Assembly: GCA_040954595.2 (NCBI GenBank)
Contig: CM082592.2
Coordinates: 10,920,017 to 10,984,016 of the forward strand
DNA length: 64,000 nucleotides
Reading direction: 5' to 3'
Source of the DNA: Balanoglossus misakiensis
Lineage: Eukaryota; Animalia; Hemichordata
The notes under the pieces are model-generated. The model had not been told where the DNA came from, ran no database searches, and saw nothing but the letters and a program-made list of their open reading frames with translations. How positions within the stretch are numbered: position 1 is the stretch's first letter; each line of letters begins with the position of its first letter. The translations under genes and the position numbers were made by a program. Positions 50,772-63,011 of the stretch are shown piece after piece.

Positions 50772-51793
50772 ATTCACCCACGGTCACTCCACACACCGTG
50801 ATTCACCTGTCAGTATAAAAAGATCGAATGGCATGTCAAACCATGGACGTCCATGGTTAAATTAATTGCCACCAGTGGTTTGAGTTTGACCACGGTCAGG
50901 TGACCGTGGTTTGACCTTCAAATCAAATCAAGCGCTGGTGGTCAGCTGCTAACGTTTGAGCTTTGAATCGAGGGCTGATCACCTGTAGACCAGCCATCTG
51001 CTATCTGTTGGTGTTTGACCTTGGAATCCAATGACAAACAGCCATCTGTTTTGACCTTGTATGGTTTGGCTATGAACTTACCACAGCACAAATCCGTTGG
51101 CACAAATTGTGTCCCAGTCTCAGGCTGCAAAACATGCAAAAGAGTCCATTGAAATGCAAATCACATGCTTTTAGGGCTGGACCAGAAAATATCTGGCAGA
51201 GGGGCTGGAGGATTGTTGACAAAACACTGTTGCCAGTTAGCTGTGAAAAAGATGTCTTGGCACTAGAATAAAGTGTTGCGGCCCGTTTCACCAGTCAACT
51301 GCACCTGTCGCATGCATGTTACGTCACAGTCCGGTTACATCTTCACTCATTTTTGTTGATACTGACTCAGAAGTGCCTTTAAATAGCTGTTGGTGGGTAT
51401 ACCCATATAGACACGAGTCTACTGTCTATGTTATACCATAGACCCTGGAGACATATATACCTGAGACTGAGAGTCAGACCATTCATGGTCAGTTAGCAAT
51501 CATTACGTAAGCAGAATGTTTTGTGTGTATTGATGTTTGTCGAGGCACAGTCCTGCCAACCACAGTCCAAACCAGGGACTGTGATTTAGGTTTTATTGGT
51601 CTTGAGATATCGCTAAATGGTACACGCTCGTGATCTGATGTTGACATTAGTCAGTAAACACACGTTTCACTTCTTCAAATATGATTTCTTTTATTGACCA
51701 ATTCGTAAAAAGGGCGTGTTGCCGGTCTGTGGTCTTCTGAAAAAGGCCTATTTGTTGCGCAAAATTCTTCCAGTCTGTCTCATTTAACGCACC

Positions 51794-53280
51794 ATGGGTT
51801 GCTGTAATATACAAAAATCTGACTTTGGACTCCGTTACCATGACAATTCCGTCTTTGCAAATTCTCAGGTAAGCATGATAGTATTAACTTTACATTGGCA
51901 ACAGACTGTCTCAATTATTGGCTATCTAGTATCTATCCCCGCCATTGAAAGACACCTGCATTCCATGATACAAACTAACTGCCCACATAAAGGTTACGGT
52001 AGGCTATACTGTAAGCATTTCTATGACCAGTGGTGATAATTATTATGGACATATTTCTCTGAATGTGGGCCATGATATGCAACAATTTCCTCCAAAGTTC
52101 ACTGAAGCTGTTGCATAATAGTTTTCAAACACTGTACTGTGTTGACAATCCTCCTAATCCAGTGAGAGTAAATTTGACGTAGCATAAGTTGCACCAAGAT
52201 TCTTTCGGCAGCTTTAAGAGCATGACGATTGCATAGCAACGCATTGTCGCCGCCATCTTTACTGATTCGACAAGAATCATGCATTGCGCACCCGTTTCTT
52301 TTCTCTTCCAGTGGAAATTCATACCGCCATTGCTGTTTCTATTATACCGTGTACTGTTGGCATTATACTTCGTTGGATGGTGCTGTTATACCATGACAGC
52401 CTCCATCCTTAGCAGTGGTGGGCAATATTTCCTTTATTTGACCAACTGGGGGTTCATCACTGTGACCCTTTACCTCTTAACAGCCTCGTTCTCAACGTGC
52501 TATTTTCACATCCGCACGAGGTTTAACTCTGACCTAGGTAAGTACTGAGCAAGCGCACATTAATTTTCTAGGCGCAAGAATAAAATTACTCAAACTGGTC
52601 GAATAAATTCCGATGTGATGTCGGTAACGTTACTAGTTATTTCGTATATATACAGTATTCACATACGAGTAATAATTTTGTCATTTTCAGAACGCTTATC
52701 GGAATATGATCAACATTCTACTCCTTGGTACTTCAGGTTGTCATGGTTACTCTATAACCTTGCCGTCGTGGTTGCACCAGTCATAACACTGGTATACTGG
52801 GTGGCTCTATATGAAGGCCACGGATTGCAACTGGTTGATTTCCACATACACGCTGTAAACTTCATCGCCATGGCCCTGGAGGCCATTATAGCCGCCATGC
52901 CAGTTCGTTATGTTCACGTGATCTATCCCGTGATCCTTGGCGTCTGTTACACCGTTCACAGTCTGATTTACTGGGGGATCACCGGCAATGCCATCTATTC
53001 CATCTTAGATTACACAGAAGACCCCGCTCTGGCCGCTGGCACCTCATTTGGATGTCTTGCTCTCATCATCTTCTTTCAATTACTACTTTGGGGAGTGTTC
53101 CATGCAAAGCAAAAGCTAAGCCCATTCTCTTTAGCATCGACCAATAAGATTCACGAAGCCGTTGTTTCCAAGGACACGCCCCAATGTGATGGAGTCGATA
53201 ATGTTACTTTCACATTGGAAAAGTCTACGCAAGTGGATTTAGAAGACGAACACGATGCTAACTATAATCAAATCATATAG
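51794..53280 (+). CDS. rost: Protein rolling stone-like multi-pass membrane protein
   Basis: Exons 51794-51868 (MGCCNIQKSDFGLRYHDNSVFANSQ), 52312-52537, 52691-53280. Motifs YRVLLALYF, FLYLTNWG, PWYFRLSWLLYNLA, ITLVYW, HIHAVN, PVRYVHVIYP, IYSILDY. Confidence 0.85.
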
Positions 53281-53507
53281 CTCTCTGATTCGGGGTGGTT
53301 TGTCCCTTATAGTGCTATTTCTTAGTTGTAGAAGCCCTTTCATTACACTCAGTAACTATGGATAATTTTCAAACCTGCAAACCAATAGATATGTGTGTAC
53401 CTGCGTGTACTAGTATATTCTTAGAGTATAATATACCGTCAAATAAATCATCTCACTAACCAAGCAAAAATGGACATTTTCTGTACTTGACGCTCACTAT
53501 GGTGGCG

Positions 53508-53517
53508 GTCACGTGAC
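53508..53517. promoter_or_regulatory. Perfect CLEAR-type E-box palindrome GTCACGTGAC
   Basis: Exact MiT/TFE (also USF) consensus in a CpG-richer patch, upstream of a probable non-coding first exon (donor gag|gtaagg about 53689). Confidence 0.5.
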
Positions 53518-54337
53518 GTGCCGGGACAACACACTCGCTGATGGCCTCAATTTAACCCCGGCAGTCAACGAACGCACAATACGTGGGGCGTCGTTGTATG
53601 TATACAACAAAGCTGTAGCTCCATGCTGTATAATATGTGTAAAATGCCTCGTTGCGTTTTACAAGGCTTCCATGGGAACTCGTGATGAGGTAAGGTATTC
53701 TTAGCTGTCGAAGGCAGGACAACTGAATAAAATACCGCACAAAACTTGACCCAGGAGTATCCTGGGAATATGATGTGACCTCGGGGGTGTCACACTCCAT
53801 TTTAAGAATAACCTTGCTTTGTATGTACTAAAGCACAATACAAAGGGTCTAGTTCTGATTCTGTCAAAGTGTATAGTAGCTTTAAGTAGTATTACTGTGG
53901 TGTTTGTAATTTCGTTCAGTTAAACACTGGAATAGCGATTCGAGCGTTCATGGTGAATAGCATTAACCAAGAACGCATTGTGACGTCTTCTGCAAATTTA
54001 TGGTGTTGACCTATACATGTGAATATACGGTCACATGTGGAGTCAAGACTTGTATTTAGCACGCTGACGAGACCCCATTACTATTGTCGTTCAGGCCTGG
54101 TTCACTACCACTGCAGTTGCAGCCTGAAGGATAAAAAATGTGCGTGACAATTATCAGCTTGTGTATCACTGATGCCACACATCAAAAACTTCCATGGCAT
54201 TTTTTCAATCGTTTGCCCTTTTATTGAGATTTTTGTTTGTTTAACTTTTTTCTACAGAAAAATAAATCAGATGTCACTATGTAGTTGGGATAACATCTAA
54301 AAGACTACGTTCAGCGAACTCAACACCATCTGTCAGA

Positions 54338-55524
54338 ATGTGTTCAGCGCGTGTGTGGTACGCCCTCACCGTCACCTTCTTGGTCATCGTTTCCCTGGTG
54401 TTTGTTACCACGGGCATCTTCCTGACGATGTGCATGAGAACCTACTCTTTCAACCAGTGTGTGTTTGCTCGAGATTCGGGCGACATGGCCATGATTTACG
54501 AAGTACTGTCGTCTTTGGCAGTGGTGATAGAAATGATATTGGTGTTTTGCACGCTGCGTCTTTATGGAGTTACATTGCATCTTTCTTTTGGACACGAGCT
54601 TCGTAGTCTGTATAACGCCTTGGCGTTTTCTTGGGCCAGAAATCGTTTCTGTATACTTATCAGCGTGGTCATTTATCTGGCTATATTGGTCGCACAATAT
54701 TCCACTAGTCTTCACAAATGGGAAGCGTTAGATAACTTAACATTGATGCTGCAGGTGGTTTTCCTGTTCCTTCTACTGGTGGTTACCAACGAAAATGGCC
54801 CTTTGGTACTGGTGTACCCTACCGTTCGGGGAACGCCAACTTTGAAAGTTAAAGTACTTTCCTTTGTCCTCTTCACTTACCTGAGTTTAACTGACCTCTT
54901 TCAATTTGCGAGGGTCACGATTCTTCAAACGACATCTCACTGGAACAGTGGTGGAGGTGATGACGACAATGATTCCCTGAATGTAGTGACGTTACTCGGA
55001 CTTACTGCACACATAGCACTCAGGTAAAGTGTAAAAAATACTGAAAGACCAAATAAACAGACAATCCCTGTAGTCTCAATTATGTTTTCACACACGGAGC
55101 TACTGACGCAAAATAGTTTGTTCATTTTTTTAATTATAACAATCAAATTGGCCTTAATGGTAGAATGATTCTAATGATTCAGTACTAAAAAAGTTGAGCC
55201 TTCTTGTCGGTTATATTTGATATAGATATCGTTCTCTCTTCCTCACTCAGAGTGGATTACGCACAATTCTTTTGGGAAATGGCGTGTCTGGCTTTCAAGA
55301 AAGAGTTGCCACTCTACGGCGGCAGAAACACGGTTTTGCGGGATATTACCGACGACTGGGAACCAGAAATGCAGGACGTTGGCAGCAACGGTGACTATGA
55401 TGCAAACCGTGGCGCCGAAGTGTTCAGGAATGTCCCTGACGCACAGGAAGAAACCGAACCACTGCTAGATGTTGACGAGGAAGGTCTACGCACAGAGTAT
55501 GGTTCTGGTGCAAGTGTTCGATAA
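54338..55524 (+). CDS. Uncharacterised multi-pass (about 6 TM) membrane protein with an acidic cytosolic tail
   Basis: Exons 54338-55023 (cag|gtaaag) and 55251-55524 (cag|agtg) join in frame. Several long hydrophobic segments; tail contains EETEPLL. Confidence 0.75.
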
Positions 55525-55916
55525 GGTAACAAGAATCCACGACGTGCTAAGGATACATTCAGGACAGCCTTGTCATCTGAGTTGTCTCCGCTGATCTGAA
55601 TGAAAGATATAGCTCAAAGTATGGGTTAGGAGCCAATGTGTAATATGTAGTTAAACGTTTGTCTTGTTTGCTTTGGTTGCCAGACTTTGTTTTACACTGC
55701 GAACAACATTTTATAAATGGCACTTTTCTTAAATAAAAGTTGAATCTAGCATGGAAAATATAACGCTTCAACATACTGGCGCATGGCGTTTACGAGTTGA
55801 AGCAGGGGTAACTGAGCGGACGGATTCGACAGGCAAGGGGTATTTGCATATTGCACGTGATGCATCTGTTTGTTGTCATCGATTGCACCAATTAGCTTTG
55901 AGGTCACGGAGTGGAC

Positions 55917-56176
55917 ATATAAAAGGCTTATGCTTCAGAGTCCGGGGGCTCCATTCTCCAACAGCGTTCTTCTGGTTACCATTTGCTGCTCCAGGGTGCA
56001 GAGTCACCATTTCCGTTCGTGCCCGTGTTACTAGTAGTTGGACATATTTATCTGTTGTACTGTCACATACCACTCGTCGGTTGAGAGCTCCGGTCAACTA
56101 CCCACGTGTACGTCTGCACTGCCGTCTAGTCTGTTGTCACGTATTCTTCAAGCAAGTAGCTGTGTTCCACTCACAG
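55917..56176 (+). promoter_or_regulatory. Candidate TATA promoter and non-coding first exon (possibly of lectin 3)
   Basis: ATATAAAAG at 55917, octamer ATTTGCAT and CACGTG just upstream, consensus donor cag|gtaagt at 56176. Confidence 0.35.
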
Positions 56177-57454
56177 GTAAGTTGCCGTATCGTCCGCTGC
56201 CAGCTCTTGCTCTATCGTTCTTCGGCTCGGTACTAGGGAACTTCATCACAGAAATATCAAGCTCCTACTAGTCAGAAAGAGTGAATGTTAATTATTGCCA
56301 GTGATGCTAGGTTTGTGACATGTTTATTCCTCAATTCACTTGCACAACATCAAATATTTGACAATGCTTTCACCGGAATTAGAAATGTATTGAATCTGTA
56401 GATATTTTGCTGTAAACCAGCTCAACTAAGTTGATTTGCCTGAGCGCTGTTGTGTCTAATTACTCTATCTGTCAATCACAGTAAACAAGGTCAAAGGTGA
56501 AGTAGAGAAGTTAGCATTGGTAAAGATGAGCCAAGCAATATAAAGCTAATATCTTGCGGTCGAAATAAACCCGTTTAGCGTTGGCTGCATGGCGGGGCGA
56601 CTGCCATGGGGTAATATTGATCATGTCTATGAATGCGTGCAAATGTAGGTAAAGCTTGTATAAAAACAAATTGAAAGAACCTGTGCAGTCCATGCACGGG
56701 CGCGGGAGAATGCTTGCCTGAAAGATCGTTTAATCAAATCACGCAATTCAACGGATATTACATTGGAGATTAACCTTTCTCACGCTACTTTCATCGTACG
56801 TTATCGATTTGTGATGCAGCACTGTTACTTGTTTCCACGGTACTTCTTGTTCAAGTGAATGTTTTCAGGCTCTTTTCAGTTTTTAGAGTATCATAGGGTG
56901 AAAATAAGCCGCATTACTTCCAACTGGCAAAATGGGGGACTATAGTCTATGCCACATCAGTTACAAAATAGTGAAAAGAGTAAATCCTGATTCCGCGATA
57001 AAAACGGGAATTAAAATCTCCGCGTGTTCAGGAGTTCGTTATTATTTTTTCTTAATTTTAGTGATTTTAGAAGATGGTTGTAGGGTAACAATGGTATCTA
57101 GTTTTGTACGTCTGACGCGTACATCATCACGTGCGAAATACTTGCCCAAACACGGACAAACAGACAATGGCCACACCACTTGATGATCGCTCTCTAGTCA
57201 TCGTATTACGTTGCCATAACAACATACATGGAGATTGCGCCAGGTAATGCAAGCCGCGTGTAGTAACCATGGCAAAATCGAAAATCGTCTGCATGTTTGT
57301 CCTTTGTGTGTGATAGGACATTAATCAAATTGCCAATAATGTAAAGAGAAATTTTATGATGATTAGTTTTTGCGCATTTGACACATGGAAAGGGGAGTTG
57401 GTAGTTAGCTGTTCGTCATACGTGATTCAGAGTGCAAGTCGTTACATCCGAGAG

Positions 57455-59841
57455 ATGATGTCTCGTATACCGCAGTTCCGTGTTATCAGCGCTACATTTC
57501 TGGAATTTACAATTCTTGGACTTTTATGTCAAATATTGTCTGCCCGAGCAGGTAGGAACATTTAACCTTTATAGCATCGAAACGAAACATGTCACAGATA
57601 TGAAGGGTGAAGGTTCCTATAGTTTTTTTAACATTTCCACGCACTTTCCTAGCATGCAACATAGCATTATCAATCTGTGCAACATCGCTCACATTGTTTA
57701 GACTAATAGGAACATATATGAGGAAGACAACAAGAATGTCAACAACAATAACAACAGTAACAACAACTATTGTCTTTTCAGCTTGTTCGGTCAATCAGCA
57801 TGCATACGAAGGCGATTGTTATGAAGTCTTCATCGTCAACAAGAAAAAATACAACGAAGCCAGGGACGAATGCAAACTGGCCAGTCCCGGCGGGGATTTC
57901 CCAATCTTGCAGAAAGCCGCAGATCACGACTTCCTTGTGTCCATCATCGATCTCTCGAAGGACTATTGGATCGGATTTCGGGATGCGGACGATGATGGTA
58001 TCTACACGTGGGTGGACAACACGACGCTGGTGGAGACCAACTACACAAACTGGAAGAGCGAAGGGGAAAGCGGATCCAACGAATGTGCAGTCATGAAAAG
58101 ATCTGAAAATTTCAGATGGGATGCCGTCAGCTGTGGATCAAGTTTTCATTTCATCTGCAGATTTCCAGGTACATTTTTTATTTCGGAAATTACATGGGAT
58201 TCTTTGTTTCGCTGTCATTTTCTCCAAATAAGTGTTCAATCATTCCCTCGGGGTTTTAATAGGGGAAATAAAAACGCCACCCTCACTGATATCACCAGTG
58301 AATGTCAAAATACATTAGGATAGTGTACTGTTACGGAAATTTGGTACAGTGATTTTGATGCCGTGGATTGTGATTCTTTTTCAAATTTCTCCCGGAAATT
58401 TGTCCAACGGGAAGCAACAAAATTAGGTCGTGAGTTTGAACCTTACTGTGTGCATCGATGCGGTAGGTGCCGAGTTCGAAGCTCATTCAATACAAGTTTA
58501 CTTCATTTGCGTTTTAATTCAGCTTTGAACTAAGGGATATATGTCCATAACTACTGCGTCAAATTGGTGGAACGTGCCTGCAATTCACAGCAGGGGGTTC
58601 GTACATACACAACATTATAATGACACAACATTCCACCCACGGGGCATATTCAGCTCACACCTGGTGAAATTAGCTGTAATCCTGTTTCTTGTGAAGTTCC
58701 AATACCCATATTGGCAAATACGTTGATCCATTGTTCCGATAGGATACAAATTCGAAAGGTGCCCTCCGCATAGAAATGGGCTTCATTTTTTTCTTTAATA
58801 TGTGTTCGTTTTATTAGCCTGAATTATTGCGCCAGCTTTCGTTCAATACTTCATCGACTGCATATTCAAATGTAAACTCAAGATTGACAAGCAATTTCCT
58901 TCGTAATAATCTTGGTGTTGTTGCTCCGCGAAGGGTTATGCACGCACAAAGCCGGAAATGACAGCGAATTAACAAAAACACAGGATGCATGTAATTTTGA
59001 CGATAAAGTGTAATATTTCATAGGTTCCATGCTTTTCTATGGGACGAAGTGTATTCAGGACTACATGTTGAATGAATGTAGTGACATATTGAAACGTTTT
59101 GTTCTGCAAAAGGATTGCTCGAACACACCTAGGACTATTGCGAAGACACGTGACAAGCGGAGTTGCAAGCTATAATTGGCATCATCATTACCCATAACAT
59201 TTTCAGAATTTCATTTCTGACGATTTATGATAGATCGTCGTCGGCCATTGAAGCTGACGTCATTAAAGTCATCGACAGAATAGTTTCCGAAATGATTGTA
59301 GAGTTCCACGCAAGTTCCATTTTCAGACCACACTGTTTTCTTTATCATATTAGGCGTTACAACCCCAGCACCTGCGACCACATCATCTCCCACAACACCG
59401 CAGAAAATAACGACGTCTTTCACAACTTTACCGGACACAACGCCATTACCCACGACTCTACTAGTTACAACGCCCTCACCAACGACACCACGTGACACAT
59501 CCCCATCACCAACTACGCAGCCAGATACAACAACGTCCTCGCCAGTAACTCAACAAGAAACAGATTTGACATCACACAATCTCCAAGAAAGCACAACAGT
59601 TGATCCAGCCACGACTCAATCTACCACCACTCTACCAGTCACAACAAAATCGCCTGTCGTAGTTAGACACAAGGGCGGGCTGTCGGAAATTCAACGCCAG
59701 GCCCCATTTTTGACGATTACCACAATTCTCGCTATCATTGTGGCCGTCATTGTCATTTTGGACCTCCTCTATCTTTATGGATGCCATCTAAAATTTCAAT
59801 CGCGACCAAAGGAGCAAGATTTCAGTCTTAAACGCTTCTAA
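57455..59841 (+). CDS. Type-I membrane C-type lectin domain protein 3
   Basis: Exons 57455-57551 (MMSRIPQFRVISATFLEFTILGLLCQILSARA), 57782-58168 (CTLD: YEGDCY..EARDECK..YWIGF..WVDNT..NECAVM..WDAVSC..FICRFP), 59354-59841 (Thr-rich stalk, TM APFLTITTILAIIVAVIVILDLLYLY). Confidence 0.87.
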
Positions 59842-60888
59842 AAAATTACCCCCCTTTTAAACTCTCGAATGTCTATCAATATACCATTTTTCTAACTTCG
59901 CGAGAGTCTCTAAATATCCCTTTCGGGAGTTTTCTAATATCTTTGAGGTTTGCTCCAGACACCAGTAGACTGACTAATTGACTACATCGAATTTCCCCAT
60001 GTGTTTTCGTCCTCGGTCTTTCCTTCAAGTCTTTGTTGCCGTTCGCGTGTGGGTGGATGTATAGGAAAATGTTAAAAGCTTTAGATATTCTGACCAGTAT
60101 AGGCCTACAATCGGAAAAGTCTATATTTTTGTTTTAAAGCCTTGTTCGTTATTTCTACCAGACGGCGGGTGAGTTTTATGGTTAACAAAGAATGTTATTA
60201 AACGAGTCAGACGTCTGGAGCAGTTTTTAAATAGGTTGATTTTCCTGAGAATGTGTCAATATTAAACACCTGTAAATTTTACTATAATTTGTTTGTGATT
60301 GTAATGCTATGTATGTAAATTCGTTCCGATCGCATTGCTGTATAAGCCGTAAGAGTGCTTTTCAATCGTTAAACACATCAATATTTTCGGCTGTCGCTTC
60401 CGGTTCGCTTTTTTCATCACCAGTAGTACATTTTAAGAAAATTTCAAACGTAAATGGTTTTAATTAGCAATGATGCAAAGTACATTAACACCGCCGTTCG
60501 CGACACTTGTCAAAGTCAATTGTCAATGTGGTGTTCTGCAGCAAACGACATGAAACTGCAGATAAGGAGTAAATCATTCAGGAAATCGCGTTCGTCATTC
60601 TATCTCGTTGCTACAATAACCACCAGCTTTTATCATGTCGAAGGCATTAAAAAACACTATGTAGTTTCCATGACAATATCGAAAATCGACAACATGTTTG
60701 TGCTTTCTATGTGGAAGGACATTAATTGGAAAAAAGTCAATAACATTATGCTTGAACATGTGACAAACTGATTTGGTCGACAAACAACTGATCAGAAAGC
60801 AGAAAATAGGACTTGGTTAGATTTCAGCAGACGATCACAGTGTCACGTCCGGCGGTAGTCAAGTCCGGCGGTGATTTCTACAGCAAAG

Positions 60889-62687
60889 ATGAATCGGAAA
60901 CCATTCTGCCACGGGGTTCGTGCTGTTGTTCTGGAATTCACGGTTTTTGGACTTCTAGGCCATATGATTTCCGTCGGAGCAGGTAGGCACAAACGGTTAA
61001 ATTCATACGATAATTTCACTGCAATATTTAGTCTATTCACACGTTTATCGACTCGTGCAGGTTTTTGTCACAGTGGCGTTGTGTATAGAACTCGATTGAG
61101 ACTACATGTACTTTGTGACAATGAGATTTTTAAAACTTCTGTGGTTAACGTTAGGCGAAGGAAGGGACATTGCCGACGGGGAAAATGTTTCTATTTTCCA
61201 ATTACCTAAGATGTGCTGAACACGGAAGCTAATGAAAATACGACATTATTTCCAGCTTGTGCAGCTTTAAACCAGCATGAATACGAAGGCGGTTGTTACG
61301 AAATCTTTGTTCTTAACGACTTGAACTACGAAGAAGGTAGAGCAGTTTGCAAACTGATCAGTTCGGACGGCGATTATCCAATCCTACGGAAAGCCGCAGA
61401 CAGCGACTTTCTCTTGTCCATCATAGATCTCTCCAAGGACTATTGGATCGGATTTCGGGATGCGGACGATGATGGTATCTACACGTGGGTGGACAACACG
61501 ACGCTGGTGGAGACCAACTACACAAACTGGAAGAGCGAAGGGGAAAGTGGGTCAAACGAGTGCGCGGTGATGAAGAGATCTGACGACTACCGATGGGATG
61601 CCGTCGGTTGTGGTTCAAATTATGAATACATCTGTAGATTTCCAGGTAATGTTTTGACGGCATATGATGACATGTAGATCTGACTGGAATTTCTCCTTTT
61701 GCCACTGACGCTGTTTTAAGTTGGCATGATGGACAATGGTGGCATTTAAGACTTATTTTCGTTTCCTATGAATATGCTCAAAGCAACGAGAATAGTTATC
61801 GACCGACATGGCATACTTGAATGTTTTTCAATCCAAGGCCTCTGAAAAAAGCACACTGAACTTCTGCGAATGGAACGCAATAATCAATGGCACGAGTATA
61901 GTACTTCTTGCAGATACTCCCCAGTTATAGTCCCGGACATCTGCCGACCTAAATTCACAGATTACACATCGATTTTGTGCCAAATTCCGAGAAGAGTTCG
62001 ACCAATCTTAGCTAGAATTCTATATTTAGAGTTTGTTGGACGGAAACTACCCTTGTAAAGGTGGCTTCTATCGTTACATAAGATTGGTCGTACCTTGTAA
62101 AGGTGGCTTCTATCGTTACATCAGATTGGTCGTACCTCATGGTAGTTGAACATGCTTTTGATTTCCTTTTGAAGACTAATGAAAGAACGTTGACATTTTT
62201 AACAGTATCAAGTGGATCAACTCCAGCACCAACGACCTCGCCGTTGCCAACAACAACCTTAAAGGAAACAACGACGATGTCCGTCACCACCCTTCAAGAT
62301 ACGACGCCATCGCCAACAACTCTTCCAGATACAACGTCTTCAAGTTCGACCAAGGCTGCACTGGTGACAACGACCTCCCCGACCACCCAACAAGAAACCA
62401 GTCTGTCGCCTGCCACCACAGTTGATCCTACCACGACCGTGTTTGCCACCACAACCATCACCACAACCGAATCAGTGACAACGCCATCTGCGGTAATCAG
62501 AAACAAGGACGGACTGACAGAGATTCAGCGACAGGCACCGTTCTGGACAATAACCACAATTCTCGCCATCGTCGTCGCCGTCATCGTCGTCTTGGACCTC
62601 GCCTGTCTTCTTGGATGCAATTTAAAATCGAAAAAAGCACAGAGGAAAAGGGAGACTTCAGTCTCAAGAATTTCTGACTCGAAATAA
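60889..62687 (+). CDS. Type-I membrane C-type lectin domain protein 4 (tandem paralogue of lectin 3)
   Basis: Exons 60889-60982 (MNRKPFCHGVRAVVLEFTVFGLLGHMISVGA), 61256-61645 (CTLD), 62206-62687 (stalk, TM APFWTITTILAIVVAVIVVLDLACLL). Confidence 0.87.
62051..62137. repeat. 42-bp intronic tandem duplication (2 copies)
   Basis: ccttgtaaaggtggcttctatcgttacat(a/c)agattggtcgta at 62051 and 62093. Confidence 0.9.
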
Positions 62688-62770
62688 ATTGGTTCCGAAG
62701 TTACTTGGACAAAGCATCATTTACAGAAATAATTATGATTATCGTGGAACAAAGTTGTGCGATACGTAAT

Positions 62771-62812
62771 GACAGATAGACAGACAGATAGATAGATAGA
62801 CAGCTAGATAGA
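62771..62812. repeat. (GACA/GATA)n microsatellite
   Basis: gacagatagacagacagatagatagatagacagctagataga. Confidence 0.85.
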
Positions 62813-63011
62813 TGACGATGTTAAAGTGTGAATGTTTGAGTTCGGGTAGTTTTATGTGCCACTTTCCTTCCAAAATCGAAAACGCAGGGTGCCATCTTTG
62901 TTCTCGCGATAAACACGTTCCAACGAGATCTAAACGCTGGTGCGTTCTATTCCACACAATGGGATACCTGTTCCGTGAAGAACTTCCATCTTCCAATTGA
63001 ACATTTGCGAA

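Noticed and set aside
55751-56236. 161-aa ORF on +
   Set aside because: No recognisable domain; it overlaps promoter-like motifs and a probable non-coding exon.
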